From assembly GCA_965153455.1 (NCBI GenBank), contig OZ234494.1:8432001-8496000 (forward strand): 64,000 nt of DNA, written 5' to 3'. Shown here one piece after another: positions 25,401 to 37,828 of this stretch. A program made the translations under genes and the position numbers. The notes beneath the pieces are model-generated. The model saw nothing but the letters and a program-made list of their open reading frames with translations, was not told the DNA's origin and did not search any database. Origin of the DNA: Sphagnum compactum (Eukaryota). Position 1 is the first letter of the stretch, and each line of letters opens with the position of its first letter.

Positions 25401-25501
25401 ACTTTGTAGGTTTCCTCCACAGTAACAACAACGGGGTCCGTCATCGCCGAGTCCACTACGGCAGGCACACTGTGCACATCTACAAACTCCTGGTCTCCCA
25501 T
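19460..25501 (-). CDS. PRP39: Pre-mRNA-processing factor 39 (PRP39a-like, HAT-repeat U1 snRNP protein), 13 coding exons, ~768 aa
   Basis: Motifs [64 protein letters not shown] and [16 protein letters not shown], with a Q/P/G/Y-rich tail ending YYGSYY*. Phase-consistent GT-AG exons on the minus strand: 25501-25297, 24682-24585, 24357-24128, 23363-23196, 22885-22531, 22373-22230, 22062-21910, 21691-21575, 21333-21253, 21050-20895, 20605-20252, 20053-19940, 19591-19460. Total 2307 nt. Confidence 0.96.
23557..23684 (-). other. Candidate 128-nt frameshifting (poison) cassette exon in PRP39 intron 3
   Basis: A pyrimidine tract with CTTGAC precedes a GAG acceptor, and the donor AAG/GTAAAT is strong. 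The length is not divisible by 3. The segment is CpG-rich and self-complementary. Confidence 0.5.
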
Positions 25502-25832
25502 CTGTCAGACTTCAAACTCGACCCTCTTTCCCCGCGCGCGCACCGTCGGCAATCAAACCCCTAAACGAGTCCCTCAACTACAAGAGCCCAGAACACAAAA
25601 AGAAGATTTGGAAATGAGAAAAGCAACGGAAGAAAAATAATCGCTGTGTACTTGTGAAAAAAGCTTGGAAGGAAACAAACCAAACCAAACCAAAGCCAAC
25701 AAGCACCGGCGTTGATAAACAAGACCAGGAAGGCGCGAGAAACGGCAATAGAAAGCAGCAACAGGAGAGAAGCACAAAGCAAACGGGGAAAGAAGGTGCA
25801 GCGCAAGAAAGGAACGGCGTGGAGGCGGCAAC

Positions 25833-25840
25833 TAGGGTTT
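25833..25840 (-). promoter_or_regulatory. Telo-box (AAACCCTA) at the probable PRP39 5' end
   Basis: tagggttt on the plus strand, upstream of a pyrimidine-rich 5' UTR. A second copy on the plus strand lies near 26074-26082. Confidence 0.45.
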
Positions 25841-28800
25841 CTTAGACACTCCGCCAACCCTCAATCTCGGGAGGGATGTATGCATGGATGATTTCCATCC
25901 ATGCGGATTAGCGGCCCATCTCATCAATGGCTTCTTGCTTTACGGATATGTCCAGTTTATGGGTTGGGAACCAGTGACTTCGTAGATGAAGACTCTGCTC
26001 CCCGCCATTTATAGTTTGAGCGCCTGATGGATGATGATGAAGATCGCGCTCCGTATCTCACGCTTCTCAAATGAAACCCTAACTTCTTAACACTCCCGCC
26101 CGCCGGCCCCAAAAAAAATCTCAACTTCTCTATGACGTTCAGACTTTGAGTCGGTGGGTCTCCAATTTAATGACGTAGGGTGAGACTCCCGAGTGGAGGC
26201 ATTCCCAAGATAAGGGGCCTATGCATGATTTTTCTTTTTTCCAATTTTGTGATGTAGCCTAGCTGAAGCAGTGGTTTTCTTTTTTCCTTTTTTTGTTTCC
26301 ATGAATTTCGATGCCTCAATTTGTTGGATGCAATAGTTGAGCCACTCATGTTGTTCCAACTCTTAGAAGATATATACTTCCAAAAGGAGAATTTAGCCAT
26401 TTAATTTGTTAAGAGAAATATAATAATTGATGCTTCAAAGTGTCATTTATGAAGATTTTTCTACAATCTCATAGAGATGTCCCTTGGATTAGCCTTTGTT
26501 CATTCTTCAAGTTGCAAGAGTTGTGGCCTTTGGCACTTTTCAAATATTTACAAATGATCTCCATTAAAAGCTTCAAAAACTTTGGATATGTGTATTGTTG
26601 CCTTCCATCTCTGCAAAACCAATGTGTACTTAAGAGCTTGATCTTGGTTTCTTGGAAAAAACAACGTAATCATATTAGAGTTTTTTTTTACTTTAAATTC
26701 ATTCACAATGTCTACAACCAATGTGATTGCCATATTTGCTTCAATTTACTTAGGTACATATGATTTTTTTCATTGAGTAATTTTTATAGGTGCGGTAGCT
26801 ATTTAGTACAAATGATGTTGCTGGATGTGATGATATCTTGAAAACATATTTACTAACATGTGAATTGAAGAACACAAAGTTGAGTACATTAGGCCTTATG
26901 GGCATGGAAAAGCTAATAGCACATGATGTGACAACATGAATCCCCACTTGGTTTCAATCTTACCTAATGAGCACATGGAATCAGAAGACATAAAATAAAG
27001 AGATCAAAACAATAGTAGCAAAAAAAACGACAACAAGAGGGAAGTAGTTAGATGGTGAACAAGTAGAAAAATGGATACTCTTCAACAGAAAAAGACATTG
27101 CAACAAGAAACCACCATTGATCTAATGCAAATATGATGAAAGAATCTCACCAACTTCTTGTTATTCAACTTTTTCACCACCAAATCTCTAACATGTGGCA
27201 GCAGTAATGGGATCTGAATCTTCATACCCACAACAACATGTGTTGAGAATCTATAGCCTTTGATTAGAGCATTCAATGACAAACAATTGCCATTTTTTCA
27301 TTTGAATGTCATTAAAAAAACAAGTTCCGTACCCTCGCCCCTAGTGTGTGGTGGGCCACCCCAAGTGTGTGTCTATGTTTGTGATGGATGTGTACTAAAA
27401 AAAAAAAACACCACAAACAGACACACAAAGAGAGATAAATACCTAAACATCGATCTTGTTTACTAAGTCAAAAGAATGATGGCAGCAATAACAATAAGTT
27501 AATCATCATGCACAAATGGCCATGGCAATGTTGAAAAATCTAGCATGGAAACCCTCCTCTTGTTGTTATTGTTTATGGCAAACACTAGTTCATCAAAACT
27601 TACAAAACAAAGGAAAGAAAGCAAAAAACAACTCTAACAATATACAAACTACTACTCCAAAAAAAAAAAAAAAACAAAAAGAACAACAACTTGGTGATTA
27701 TCTATTGTTATTCCAAAAGAGGAGGTATTCTTGAGACTTTTGTGGAGAAGAAAAGACCACCACCCAAGGTCAAGAAGAAATTCTTTAAGGACATAGAACG
27801 TAAGAGAAGCTTTGGAGGGGTTTTTTTTAAAATCCTTCCTAGTGGTGGGATGCCAGGCCAGAAAAAGTAAATGAAGTCTTGTCACAATTTTGTTTTTGTA
27901 TGTGGAATTATTTAGGTTTGGTGGGAACAATCATTGAAGCTTTAGCTTTTTCACTTTTACTTTGGAAGAAAAGCATGTTGGGTTTGCTTGAGTCGTGAAA
28001 AAAGACTACATAGTTGATCATCTTGATTTGGATGAATGTTTGGTGCCATAGATGAGTGAAAGATATTAAGTTAGCATTTTTTTTCTTAATTTCTTTTAAG
28101 AAAAGAGTGGTGGGCTTGCTCAAGTTGTGAATAATAACTACATAATTGATTAGCTTGGTATGGATGCATTTCTAGGTGTTACAGATGATTTGTGCAAAGT
28201 ATCTTAATTTCATGCATAAGGAGTCACAAGAAGGGCCAATGTGGTGCATCATTGGCATGCAACTTAAAATAACAATCCTCCTAATGACATGGACCAAATG
28301 ACTTATGTTGATAATTTGACAAGTGATTAGAGTGCAATGTGCATCAAACAATTACATTTCACTTGCAGCTTAATGACCAATTATCCATGACTCTCATTTG
28401 ATTTTTTTGTGTGGCTACAATAGCACTTAGACATATATAATGAAATTGTTCAGTTGAAGACATTACAAACAACCCTAACAAATTTTCAATCCCAACTACA
28501 TTTAACATATGAGGTGAAAAAGCATAAGCTTGTGAACTCCACATCATGTTTCATGCATACATAATCTTTAGTGTCAAATTTGGGTTTGATTCTAGGTCAG
28601 TGTTTCTATGACTTTCAATATATGACTTTCAAGATATAACTTTCTCATGTGTTGATAGTTAAGTGAAGGCCAAATGTTGACTAATTTAAGGTTGTAGATG
28701 CAGCAAATTGACTACAATCCTCAATTTTACAAACTGGAGCTCCCTTTCTTCCACTCTCAATAGTGAATAAACATTAATGGAATAGATGTATTAAAGGACT

Positions 28801-30145
28801 ATGTGCATTTAGTGTTATGTATTTATGGTCCTTTATGACTACAAAGGTCTCTTGTTAGATGCACTGTTTTCAAATTATTCATTTCACTTGTGCAAGATCA
28901 AATGTCAATAATTCTTGGACTTTGCCTTTAGTTTTAGGAAATAACCATAATCCTAACAATGTTAAGAAGCATGTGAAATCATCTACCTTTTCTAAACTCC
29001 TTATGTAGATTGTAATTGTGAAATGGGTTTTTGTATGGCTTTGTGAGCTTTCTAGGGTACGTGGAATGCAGATGTACTACTCATTTTGTATCCATGCACC
29101 CACTCTTGATGCAAACATGATATATAGACTCAGGTTGGATTAGTGCAATTTGGCCCTAAAATGTGACATCACCTTTCTTGCTCTAAAATAATTACTCAAT
29201 GTATGACTTTATAATTAGTATTCATGTCCTAACTTTGGACCTAATATGACCACTTTAATGTGTAGAAAATCACCACATGTCTTTTTGTCGATTTGAATTA
29301 AAACCTCAATTCTACTCAAAATCATTAAATTTTATTATTCAAACCATGTAAAACAATGGTGTCCTTTCTAGTGTAGATAATTCTTCATTTCACAATGAGA
29401 AAAAAAATTTACCTTTAAGTTAGTCTCAATGCCAATAGTGAGAGACTAAAGGATGAGACAAAGACCTCTAAGGGTCCATTTATCGATACCCCACCCTTCA
29501 AGCCCCATAATGAAGTCTCCCAAAAACGTTTACATGGCAACACAGAATTTGGTGGAGTTTCTTTTGATACCAAACCTTTAAATATGATGGGCCCCTTGTA
29601 TATAGACATAAAAAGTGCCCTCAACACGCAAAATATTATGCCCAAAAATTTGGCTTGCCCATCCTATTGCTTATATTTAACCTCCTTTGTTCTGAAAAAT
29701 GTATAATGATCATGTAAATCCTATGCATTTTGTGCGTTTTCCTAGCAATTCATTGGGATAGCAAACTCCATGTCGAATATGAAATCTAACATTTGTAAAA
29801 AAGAAAAATTATACACAATTTTGCATAAGATAATTTAACAAGATCTTGGAACAAGATAAAGTTAATGAGGACTACAATATAACATTAACTGGCAAAATAA
29901 ATCCAATTGTAAAAGTTGAATTCATCATGAACACATCGTGAGAAAACCTAAATCGCTTGATGGTGGGAATGAGAAAAAAAAACATTGATAACATATGTTT
30001 CTTGTGATAATGGTTCTTTTGAATTTGAGGACCATCTTCCAACACATGCATTGTAAGCTCCCAATCTTTTATGTTATCATATATGTACTAAGCAAAAAGA
30101 GGCCCACAAATACCAATAAGCTAGTCTTACAAGAATTACCTCTAG

Positions 30146-30256
30146 CACTACTACAAAATGTGGGTGCAGTTCACTAGTCCCCATTCACTAGACTAGTGAA
30201 TTCATTCAAAATCTAGTAAAATCACTTGGCATACAAGGACACCTTTTGTTGTAGTG
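30146..30256. mobile_element. Miniature non-autonomous CACTA element (111 bp)
   Basis: TIRs CACTACTACAAAA / TTTTGTTGTAGTG. Flanks are tag/taa (3-bp TSD with one mismatch). Homologous to 60646-60799. Confidence 0.8.
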
Positions 30257-32424
30257 TAACATTACATTTCACATAGAAAACATTTTGAGCTTTTGAGTTA
30301 GAGTTAGAATAAACACCGACCTTATTCATTGCATCATCATTGGTAAGTATTATGTGAATATGAATTAATTATTCATCATAATTGTACTACTTGAATTTTA
30401 TAATTATTAAAAAATTTGAAGAAAAAATTTATTTAATACACATGTTTCCATCATGCATTATGCATTGCACCATATACAAATATGTAATTTATTAATAAAA
30501 AAAACAAAGGAAGATCAAATGCAAACGGAATCACTGTTTTTAATTGTGAGATTCTTGAATTGACATTAAATAACCTTTGCTTAATCCACATTTTTTTCCC
30601 AATCACGAGGTTCTAGTTTTTGGTTGTTTTATCATTATAAATTAATATTGGTTTTTCTATTGTAAGTTATTAAATTATTGTAGGTTATTCTTAGTTATTT
30701 TAAAATATTTTATTATAGGTTATTCTTGGTTGTTTCCAGTTATTTTAAATTATTATACCTCGTGTTATTATTGGTTATTTTAAGATATTTTTCTGAAACT
30801 ATTATTGGTTATTTTAATTTTTTGCATTACATTATTCCACCTTAAATTATTATATGAATTTTTTTATATGTTATTTTAAGTTATTATACATTAGGATAAA
30901 ATAACCTATAATAACATAGAGTATAATGACTTTGAATAATTTAAGATATAACTTGAAACAACATATAATAATTTAAAGTATAATAACCTAAGGTTTAGCG
31001 TAGGGTTAATTAAATTTTTTGTTTAAAATAACATAAAATATAAAACCTATAATAAATTAACCTAAGGTATACTAATTTATAATAATTTAAGGTATACTTA
31101 TAATAACCCAAGGTAGCCTAAAATAACATGGGATATAGTCTATAGTAACTTAAAATATTCAAAACAACATAAAAATAAACTTATTTATCATGATAAATTA
31201 TAATATTAAATTATGTTAGCTAGTAGTGAAACATGATGTTTATATAGTGAGCTTATAGTGAAATAACTTTAACTATGGTGAAATCACTAAAGTGTAGTGA
31301 ACTTATTTCACTTTTAAAATCCCATCATGATTTAGGTAAATAAACTACACCCCATTTTTGTCCTATCGTACGTGTATTCAAAATATTATGCAAGCATTTA
31401 TCATGCATTGAAAATCACATTCGCTCATTTTTTATGTGTTAAAATATTTTGGTTTTTTTAGTTTTGCATTTTTTTAGCATAGATTCCATTTTTTATGATT
31501 GGTTTGTTTATTTTTATTAAGTAATAAGTGTCATAAGTTATAGATGCATATGGATCTAAAATGTATTATGCATTTGTATTTAATTCTCATAAAGGTTTTA
31601 CATATATGTTGAATACAAACATGTGCATGTCAATTGGTTTTTGTAATATACATTAATGTAAGAATGTAAATGTATTCAATTATTTGTAAATAAATTTAAC
31701 AAAATTTGATCAAAAAATGTCCTCTTAATTTCATATCAATTAATTTTTTCAAATTTTGATTACCCATTTCACGAAGTTTTAGAATGTGATCTTGCTTTTC
31801 AATGGGTATTAATATTGTGTGCATTTCATTGGAAATTCACATAATAAAAAAATTATCATTTCACTAGAAGAAAATTGGGTTTTATAATCAACCAGTTTGC
31901 AACTACTGTGACTATTTGTCATTGTTACTATTATTGATTATTTATGCAACTATGTTCTGCATTTGGTTGTGCTTACAACCACATTACAACTAACTTGTGA
32001 TTCATGTTTTATCTATTCTACCATTTGGACGACTTTTCACCTGGTTTTCATCCATGAAAACCCATTTATGTCCCAAATGTGGTCAAATGAGTTGCAACCC
32101 TATGGCATTCAAAGTTTATTTTGCATGTTCCAAGGTGTATGGGTTTAAGTGTATTTTACATTCATTAATATCATTAATATAAAAATCTTGTCATTTGCAA
32201 TTAATCATTATGTAATTATGTGCAACTAGGTGTGGTTTGGACCTAAATTGGTGGTGTTTATAATTTCAAAATTGGAATTGTATAATTAATTTTGGCGATA
32301 TGGTTGTGTGTGCAACTAACATGCACATCACAAACTTTCAATCATGAAATTTTAATAGAATCTGTGTGAAAATCGTAAAACAACATGTCCATGCAAAATC
32401 CATGGGTTTCAAAGTGTAAATTGA

Positions 32425-32427
<3 letters not shown>

Positions 32428-32490
<63 letters not shown>
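32428..32490. repeat. (TA)n microsatellite, ~31 units
   Basis: Seen directly. Confidence 0.98.
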
Positions 32491-32493
<3 letters not shown>

Positions 32494-32740
32494 TGATGTG
32501 TCTTTTCTATTTATGACATTTTGATGTGAAGTATGCATGATTTACATTGTAACTAAATCCATGCAATTATCATGATGTAATTTTGCATAAAATTATGTGA
32601 TTCTTGTGTGTTAAACATGAACATTCACATATGTCATTCAAAAACAATGTTTCATCCATTTGAATATTTAATTATTGAATATGTACAAATATTGTTCATA
32701 TGAACCATAACATGGAATTCATGTGAGTTTTGTATGAACC

Positions 32741-33081
32741 TGTTATGGACCGACTACAAACAAGTGGAGACTTACAAGACAAGACAAGCTTTATTGACCC
32801 ATCAACCGGTGTTGATCTGTTGAAGGGTTGTTCCCCAGACTATCTCCTTTTATAACCCTGAGCCATACTAGTCCCAAAATATCCTAGGCCATGATATTGC
32901 CAAAAGTATCCCAAAATATCCTAGGCCATGATATTGCCAAAAGTATCCCAAAATATCCTAGGCCATGATATTGCCAAAAGTATCCCAAAATATCCTAGGA
33001 CATGACATTGCCAAAAGTATCCCAAAATATCCTAGGACATGACATTGCCAAAAGTATCCCAAAATATCCTAGGCCATGACA
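32741..33081 (-). repeat. Gypsy 3' LTR (341 bp; 5 full plus 1 partial 37-bp units)
   Basis: Near-identical to 38468-38734. Unit cccaaaatatcctaggccatgatattgccaaaagtat starts at 32873. Confidence 0.97.
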
Positions 33082-36000
33082 TTATCCTCTCCTCAAGCGA
33101 CATCTTCTAGATGGAGCCGGTTTGTTAGGATATCGTTGGTGAAACCGATTAACTAAGTCTTGGGCATGAACTAGGTTTCCAGCAGGCTCCCAAGTAGCTT
33201 CAGAAGGAGGATAACCTCGCCAAAAGACAAGGTTCAGGAGCTTTCCACGAATCTTCTTGGAGTCCAAGACCTCCTGAACTTCAAACTCTTCTTGGCCTTC
33301 AATTTCGAGTGGAGCTGGGGGTTCTTGATGACGTTCTGGGATCGGGTTTTCATGATAGGGCTCAAGCAGGGAGACATGGAAAACATTGTGGATTTTGAAC
33401 TGGGGTGGAAGCTCCAACTGGCAAGCCACTAGACCAACCAATTTGGCGATTTTGAAAGGTCCGAGGCACTTGTAATCCAACTTGGCACATGGGCGAGTGG
33501 TAGTAATGTTCTTTCTAAGAAGCCAAGCCTTGTCTCCAACCTTGAAGTTTGGATGGTCCTTGCGTCGGCGGTCTGCTTGCTTCTTTTGCCACTCCTGTGT
33601 TAGCTTGAGTTCTGCCATAAGGTTCTGTTGAACCTGTCCAAGCCTCGTGGCCCTTTCTTCAGCCGAGGGGTTTACGGAGTCTCCAGGAATTTCAAGGCTG
33701 AACCTGGGATGAAAACCGTAATTGGCAAAGAATGGACTGATCCCGGTCGATGCATGTGTTGTGTTATTATAAACAAACTCTGCTTCAGATAGTAGGTCCA
33801 ACCAGTCATCCTGTTGGTAGTTCACAGTGCAGTGAAGGTATTGCTCGAGTGTCTGGTTTGTCCGTTCGGTTTGTCCATCTGTCTCAGGGTGGAAAGCTGA
33901 AGATAGCCAAATGTCAACTCCAAGAAGCTCGAATAGACGATGCCAGAACTTGGATGCAAACTAAGGACCTCTGTCGGACACAATTTCCTCGGGGAGTCCA
34001 TGCAGTCGGACGATCCCGTCCAGAATTAACTAAGCTGTCTCTTCTGTCGTGATGACTTGGAACAAGGGGTGAAATGGGCCATTTTGGTGAGTCGATCGAC
34101 CACAACCAGTATTGAATTCTTGGTTCTGACAGTAGGGAGGTCCGTGATGAAGTCCATTGCAATAGATCCCCAAGGTCGGCTAGGAATCGACAGAGGCTGT
34201 AGGAGTCCAAACGGGCGATGCCTGGGAGCCTTGGATCAAGCACATGTATCACAAGACTTGACATACTCCCGTAGCATCTTGTTCATTTTGGGCGACCAAT
34301 AAGTCCTTGACACTAGTTCGTGAGTCCGTGCCATTCCAAAGTGACCCGCCAGGGTGTTGTCGTGGCATTCTCTCAGGATTTTTAGGCGTATAGGTCCTTC
34401 GGGTATATAAATCAGGTTATTTCGAAGGAGAAGTCCGTCTTGCTGCTCAAACTGATCCAAGTCATCACGATTTGGGTTCCTTGGTCGTTCCTGGAGTTCC
34501 TTCTTGATGTTGGTAGCCCAGGTGTCTTCCTCAGTTGCCATCTTGATGTCCCTGACAAGGTATGAGTCTGGGAGGGTGCTGATTGTTGCTGCAACTCGAA
34601 ATTGCTCGGGGTTGAGTAAAGTCTGGTTCTGCTGGCCGTAGGCCTCATCCCCCGCTCGAAGTTCATATTCTGAACGACGAGATAGCGCGTCAACTTTCCC
34701 TTGCTGGGTGCCGGGTTGATACTGAATCTCAAAGTCGAAATCAGCTAGGAAGATAGACCAGCGTGCCTGGCGACGATTTAAGGTCCGAGTAGTTGTGAAA
34801 TAAAGGAGATTCTTGTGATCTGTCAGAACTTGGACTCGATGTTGAGCTCCGGCAAGATACGGTCTCCATTGCTCGAATGCCGTGATGATTGCCAGGAGTT
34901 CCTTATCGTAGACCTGGTAGTTGATTTCGGCACTGGTTAACTTCCGTGAATAGAAAACAACTGGATGCAGCAACCCATCTATTCCAAATTGAGATAGAAT
35001 AGCTCCCAAGGCAAAATCTGAAGCGTCCGTTTCCACAATGAATGGCTTGGCAGGATCGGGATGTATCAGGATGGGTGCTGAGGTGAATGCCATCTTGAGA
35101 GTATCAAAAGCAACCTGGGCCGTTGGATTCCACGAGAAGGGCTTGTCTTTGCAAGTCAGGGTTATTAACGGTGTTGTGATCTTGGAGTAGCCTTTGATAA
35201 ACCAACGATAGAAGTTAGCAAACCCTAGGAAGCGTTGAACGTCCTTGACCGAGGATGGAGTAGCCCAACATTGGATGGTCTCGACCTTTGACTTGTCCAT
35301 GAAAATGCCATCTGGAGAGATCATGTAGCCGAGGAACGCCACTGAAGATTTGTCGAATTCACATTTTTCCAACTTGGCGTATAAGCCATGTTCCCGGAGC
35401 GTCGCAAGCACCAATCGTACATGTTTGTCGTGGGTTTCCTGGTCCTTGGAAAAGATTAAAATGTCATCCAAATAGACCACGACAAATTCGTCCATGTAAT
35501 CCCGGAAGATATCATTCATCAAATGCTAAAAGACTGCGGGTGCATTGGTGAGGCCGAAAGGCATGACCGTGTATTCGAAGTGGCCATAGCGTGTGCGGAA
35601 AGCTGTCTTCCATTCATCACCGGGGCGAATCCTGAGTAAGTTGTAGGCTCCACGGAGGTCAAGCTTGGTGAAAAGATCTTCCCGGTACGTAGTCGATCTA
35701 GGAGACCTGAAATCAAGGGCAAGAGATATCGATTCTTTTTGGTTATCTTGTTGAGTCCACGATAATCCACACAGAGTCAAAGGGAGCCATCCTTCTTCTT
35801 GACAAACAAAATTGGGGCGCCGGCTGGAGACTTGGAATGCTGAATGAACCCCTTGGCAAGATTTTCAGTAAGGTAATCACGCAGGGCTTGGAGTTCCGGT
35901 TCCGATAGGCCATAGATAGAACCAAAGGGTGGTGAGTGTCCTTCTTCTAGATCAATCGGGCAGTCATATGGACTATGGGCGGGAAGCTGATCAGCATTAA

Positions 36001-36841
36001 TCTTTTCAAAAACATCAACAAAGTCCTTGTACTTCTCGGGAAGTTTGACAGGTGTTGGTTCTGATTGGGGGTTTGTGGTGTTGGCTGGGTTGACATGGAT
36101 GGCGAAAACTTGAAGATTCTTAGCAGCCCGATAGAAAAGGACAGCTCTATCAATGAAGATCTGGACAGGGTTGGTTTTCTGGGCAGGATTCTTGACAAGA
36201 TTCTTGACAGGACAAGGTTTAGTTCTGACCAACCGGGGGTTCTTGACTGCAGGATTTGACATAACAGACTTGATAAAATTGGAATTGGTTTCGACCCTTT
36301 TTAGGTTCTCGACCACAGGGTTCTTGGCAGGACTGGACAAAGTGTTTTTCTGAGCGTGGGGTTCTTGAGAGGTGCACCGTTGTGCGCTGAAGGTGAGGGT
36401 TCTAGATCGCCAATCAATGATAGGGTTGTGTGCTTCTAGCCAAGGCAGACCAAGGATTCTGGGATGGTGAGGGGTGGAAATGATGTTGAGAACAATCTTC
36501 TCCGTGTGCTTGCCGATACAGACTTCTAGAGGGGTTGTCTCGTGTGTGATTGCACCAGAAGCAATGATTCTCCCATCAATAACCTCTACCGGAACAGGGG
36601 TTGACTTCTTGACCACATGGATGTTGTGTTGGACGACAAATGTTTGGTCGATGAAAGAAAAGGTGGCGCCGGAGTCCACCAAAGCTGACACTTGTGGTAT
36701 GTCTTCTGGAATACGAATGATGTCCACATACTGAGTGAAACTGGGACTGGGACCAACAGCGGAACAGGAGTCTTTGCAAAGGTGGTGTTGGGTGAGATCC
36801 AGTCGCACGGCTCCTACTGTGACTGGATGTTCTTGTTTTCC
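33082..36841 (-). pseudogene. Gypsy pol (protease, RT, RNase H, integrase, chromodomain), disrupted
   Basis: Motifs [76 protein letters not shown] and chromodomain FEVQEVLD...LVFWRGYPPSEATWEP. Nonsense codons near 35777, 35526 and 34236 and in the integrase, and a frameshift near 35670. Confidence 0.93.
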
Positions 36842-37803
36842 AACTCCTGGGGAGTTTCCACAGCTTGTACTTGAAGTTTGACAAGCTTTTGAGGGCACTG
36901 ACGAGCTATATGCCCAGGGTTGCCACAGTAAAGACATAGATTGTTTGTCCTTCGGCGAAGTTTCTCGGCTTCTGTCAAAGATTTAAACTTAGCTGTGTCG
37001 ATCTGCATCGGAGCAGGTCCAAAAGAGGCAGGTCGGGCAACTGCTGTTGTTTGGGGAACTAAGGGGAGCGTAGTAGGCCGACTGTTCCAAAGCTGGGCGT
37101 TGGAGGTGACTTTCTTTTCCTGGCGACGTTCGAACAGACGATTATCGCACCGAATTGCCTGGGTGATGGCTTCACTGAAGGAAGAAGGGTCTGCGAGTGT
37201 CAACAAAAGATCTTGAACATCATCACGAAGCCCACAGCGAAACTGATCAATCAAGGCAGCTTCTCCCCAATTGACGTCGGAGGTAAGCTGCCTGAATTCT
37301 GAGGCGTAGACGATGGCCGAACGTGTCCCTTGCTGGAGGCGACGCAGCTTGTTGGCTGAAGTCCTGGCCTTGTCACTGTCCCCAAATACTGCTTCAAATT
37401 CCGCCATAAAGGCGTTGAAATCTTGTAGGAGAGGGGATGATGTTTCTAGGATGGGAGCAAACCATGCTGCAGCTACCCCAGTGAGTAGGGTTCCAACGAA
37501 TCCTACACGGGTGGTGTCATCAAAATAACGACGGGGGTGTAGTTGCATGATCAGGCGTACCTGGCTGACAAAGCCTCGAAATTTGAGGCGCGTTCCATCA
37601 AACTTTTCTGGCAGACTGATCTTGGGCTCTTGGGCGGCCATTGCAAGAGCAGGAAATACTGGGGCAAGAGGTGGTGGCTGATTCTGTAGGCAGGTCACCG
37701 AGTCTCTAAGCACGACATTTTCTTGTTGAAGGTGCTGAAGGGCGGCGAGGATTTGAGTGAGATCGATGTTTGATTCTGAGTTGTCCATGGTGGTAGTTCT
37801 CAC
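36814..37803 (-). CDS. Gypsy Gag (capsid plus CCHC zinc knuckle), intact ORF
   Basis: Motifs PEKFDG, LRRLQQG...YASEFR, FRCGL and PMQID, with knuckle CLYCGNPGHIARQC. The ATG is probably at 37788. Confidence 0.9.
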   Translation of the reverse strand: MRTTTMDNSESNIDLTQILAALQHLQQENVVLRDSVTCLQNQPPPLAPVFPALAMAAQEPKISLPEKFDGTRLKFRGFVSQVRLIMQLHPRRYFDDTTRVGFVGTLLTGVAAAWFAPILETSSPLLQDFNAFMAEFEAVFGDSDKARTSANKLRRLQQGTRSAIVYASEFRQLTSDVNWGEAALIDQFRCGLRDDVQDLLLTLADPSSFSEAITQAIRCDNRLFERRQEKKVTSNAQLWNSRPTTLPLVPQTTAVARPASFGPAPMQIDTAKFKSLTEAEKLRRRTNNLCLYCGNPGHIARQCPQKLVKLQVQAVETPQELENKNIQSQ

Positions 37804-37828
37804 ACTTTTGCGCTTTCAATCTTCAAAC

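Noticed and set aside
25052-25564. 170-aa plus-strand ORF
   Set aside because: It is antisense to PRP39 exon 1 in a GC-rich region and has no independent support.
26300-29800. Degenerate transposase- or RT-like remnants (also 5700-7300, 44100-44820, 54850-55500)
   Set aside because: Probably old TE debris, but no diagnostic motif or terminus could be read, so they are left unclassified.
32338-32538. ORF with an IYIYIY run
   Set aside because: It is the translation of a (TA)n microsatellite.
32873-33081. 37-bp repeats resembling a CRISPR array
   Set aside because: The units are head-to-tail with no unique spacers and lie inside a eukaryotic LTR. No cas genes are present.
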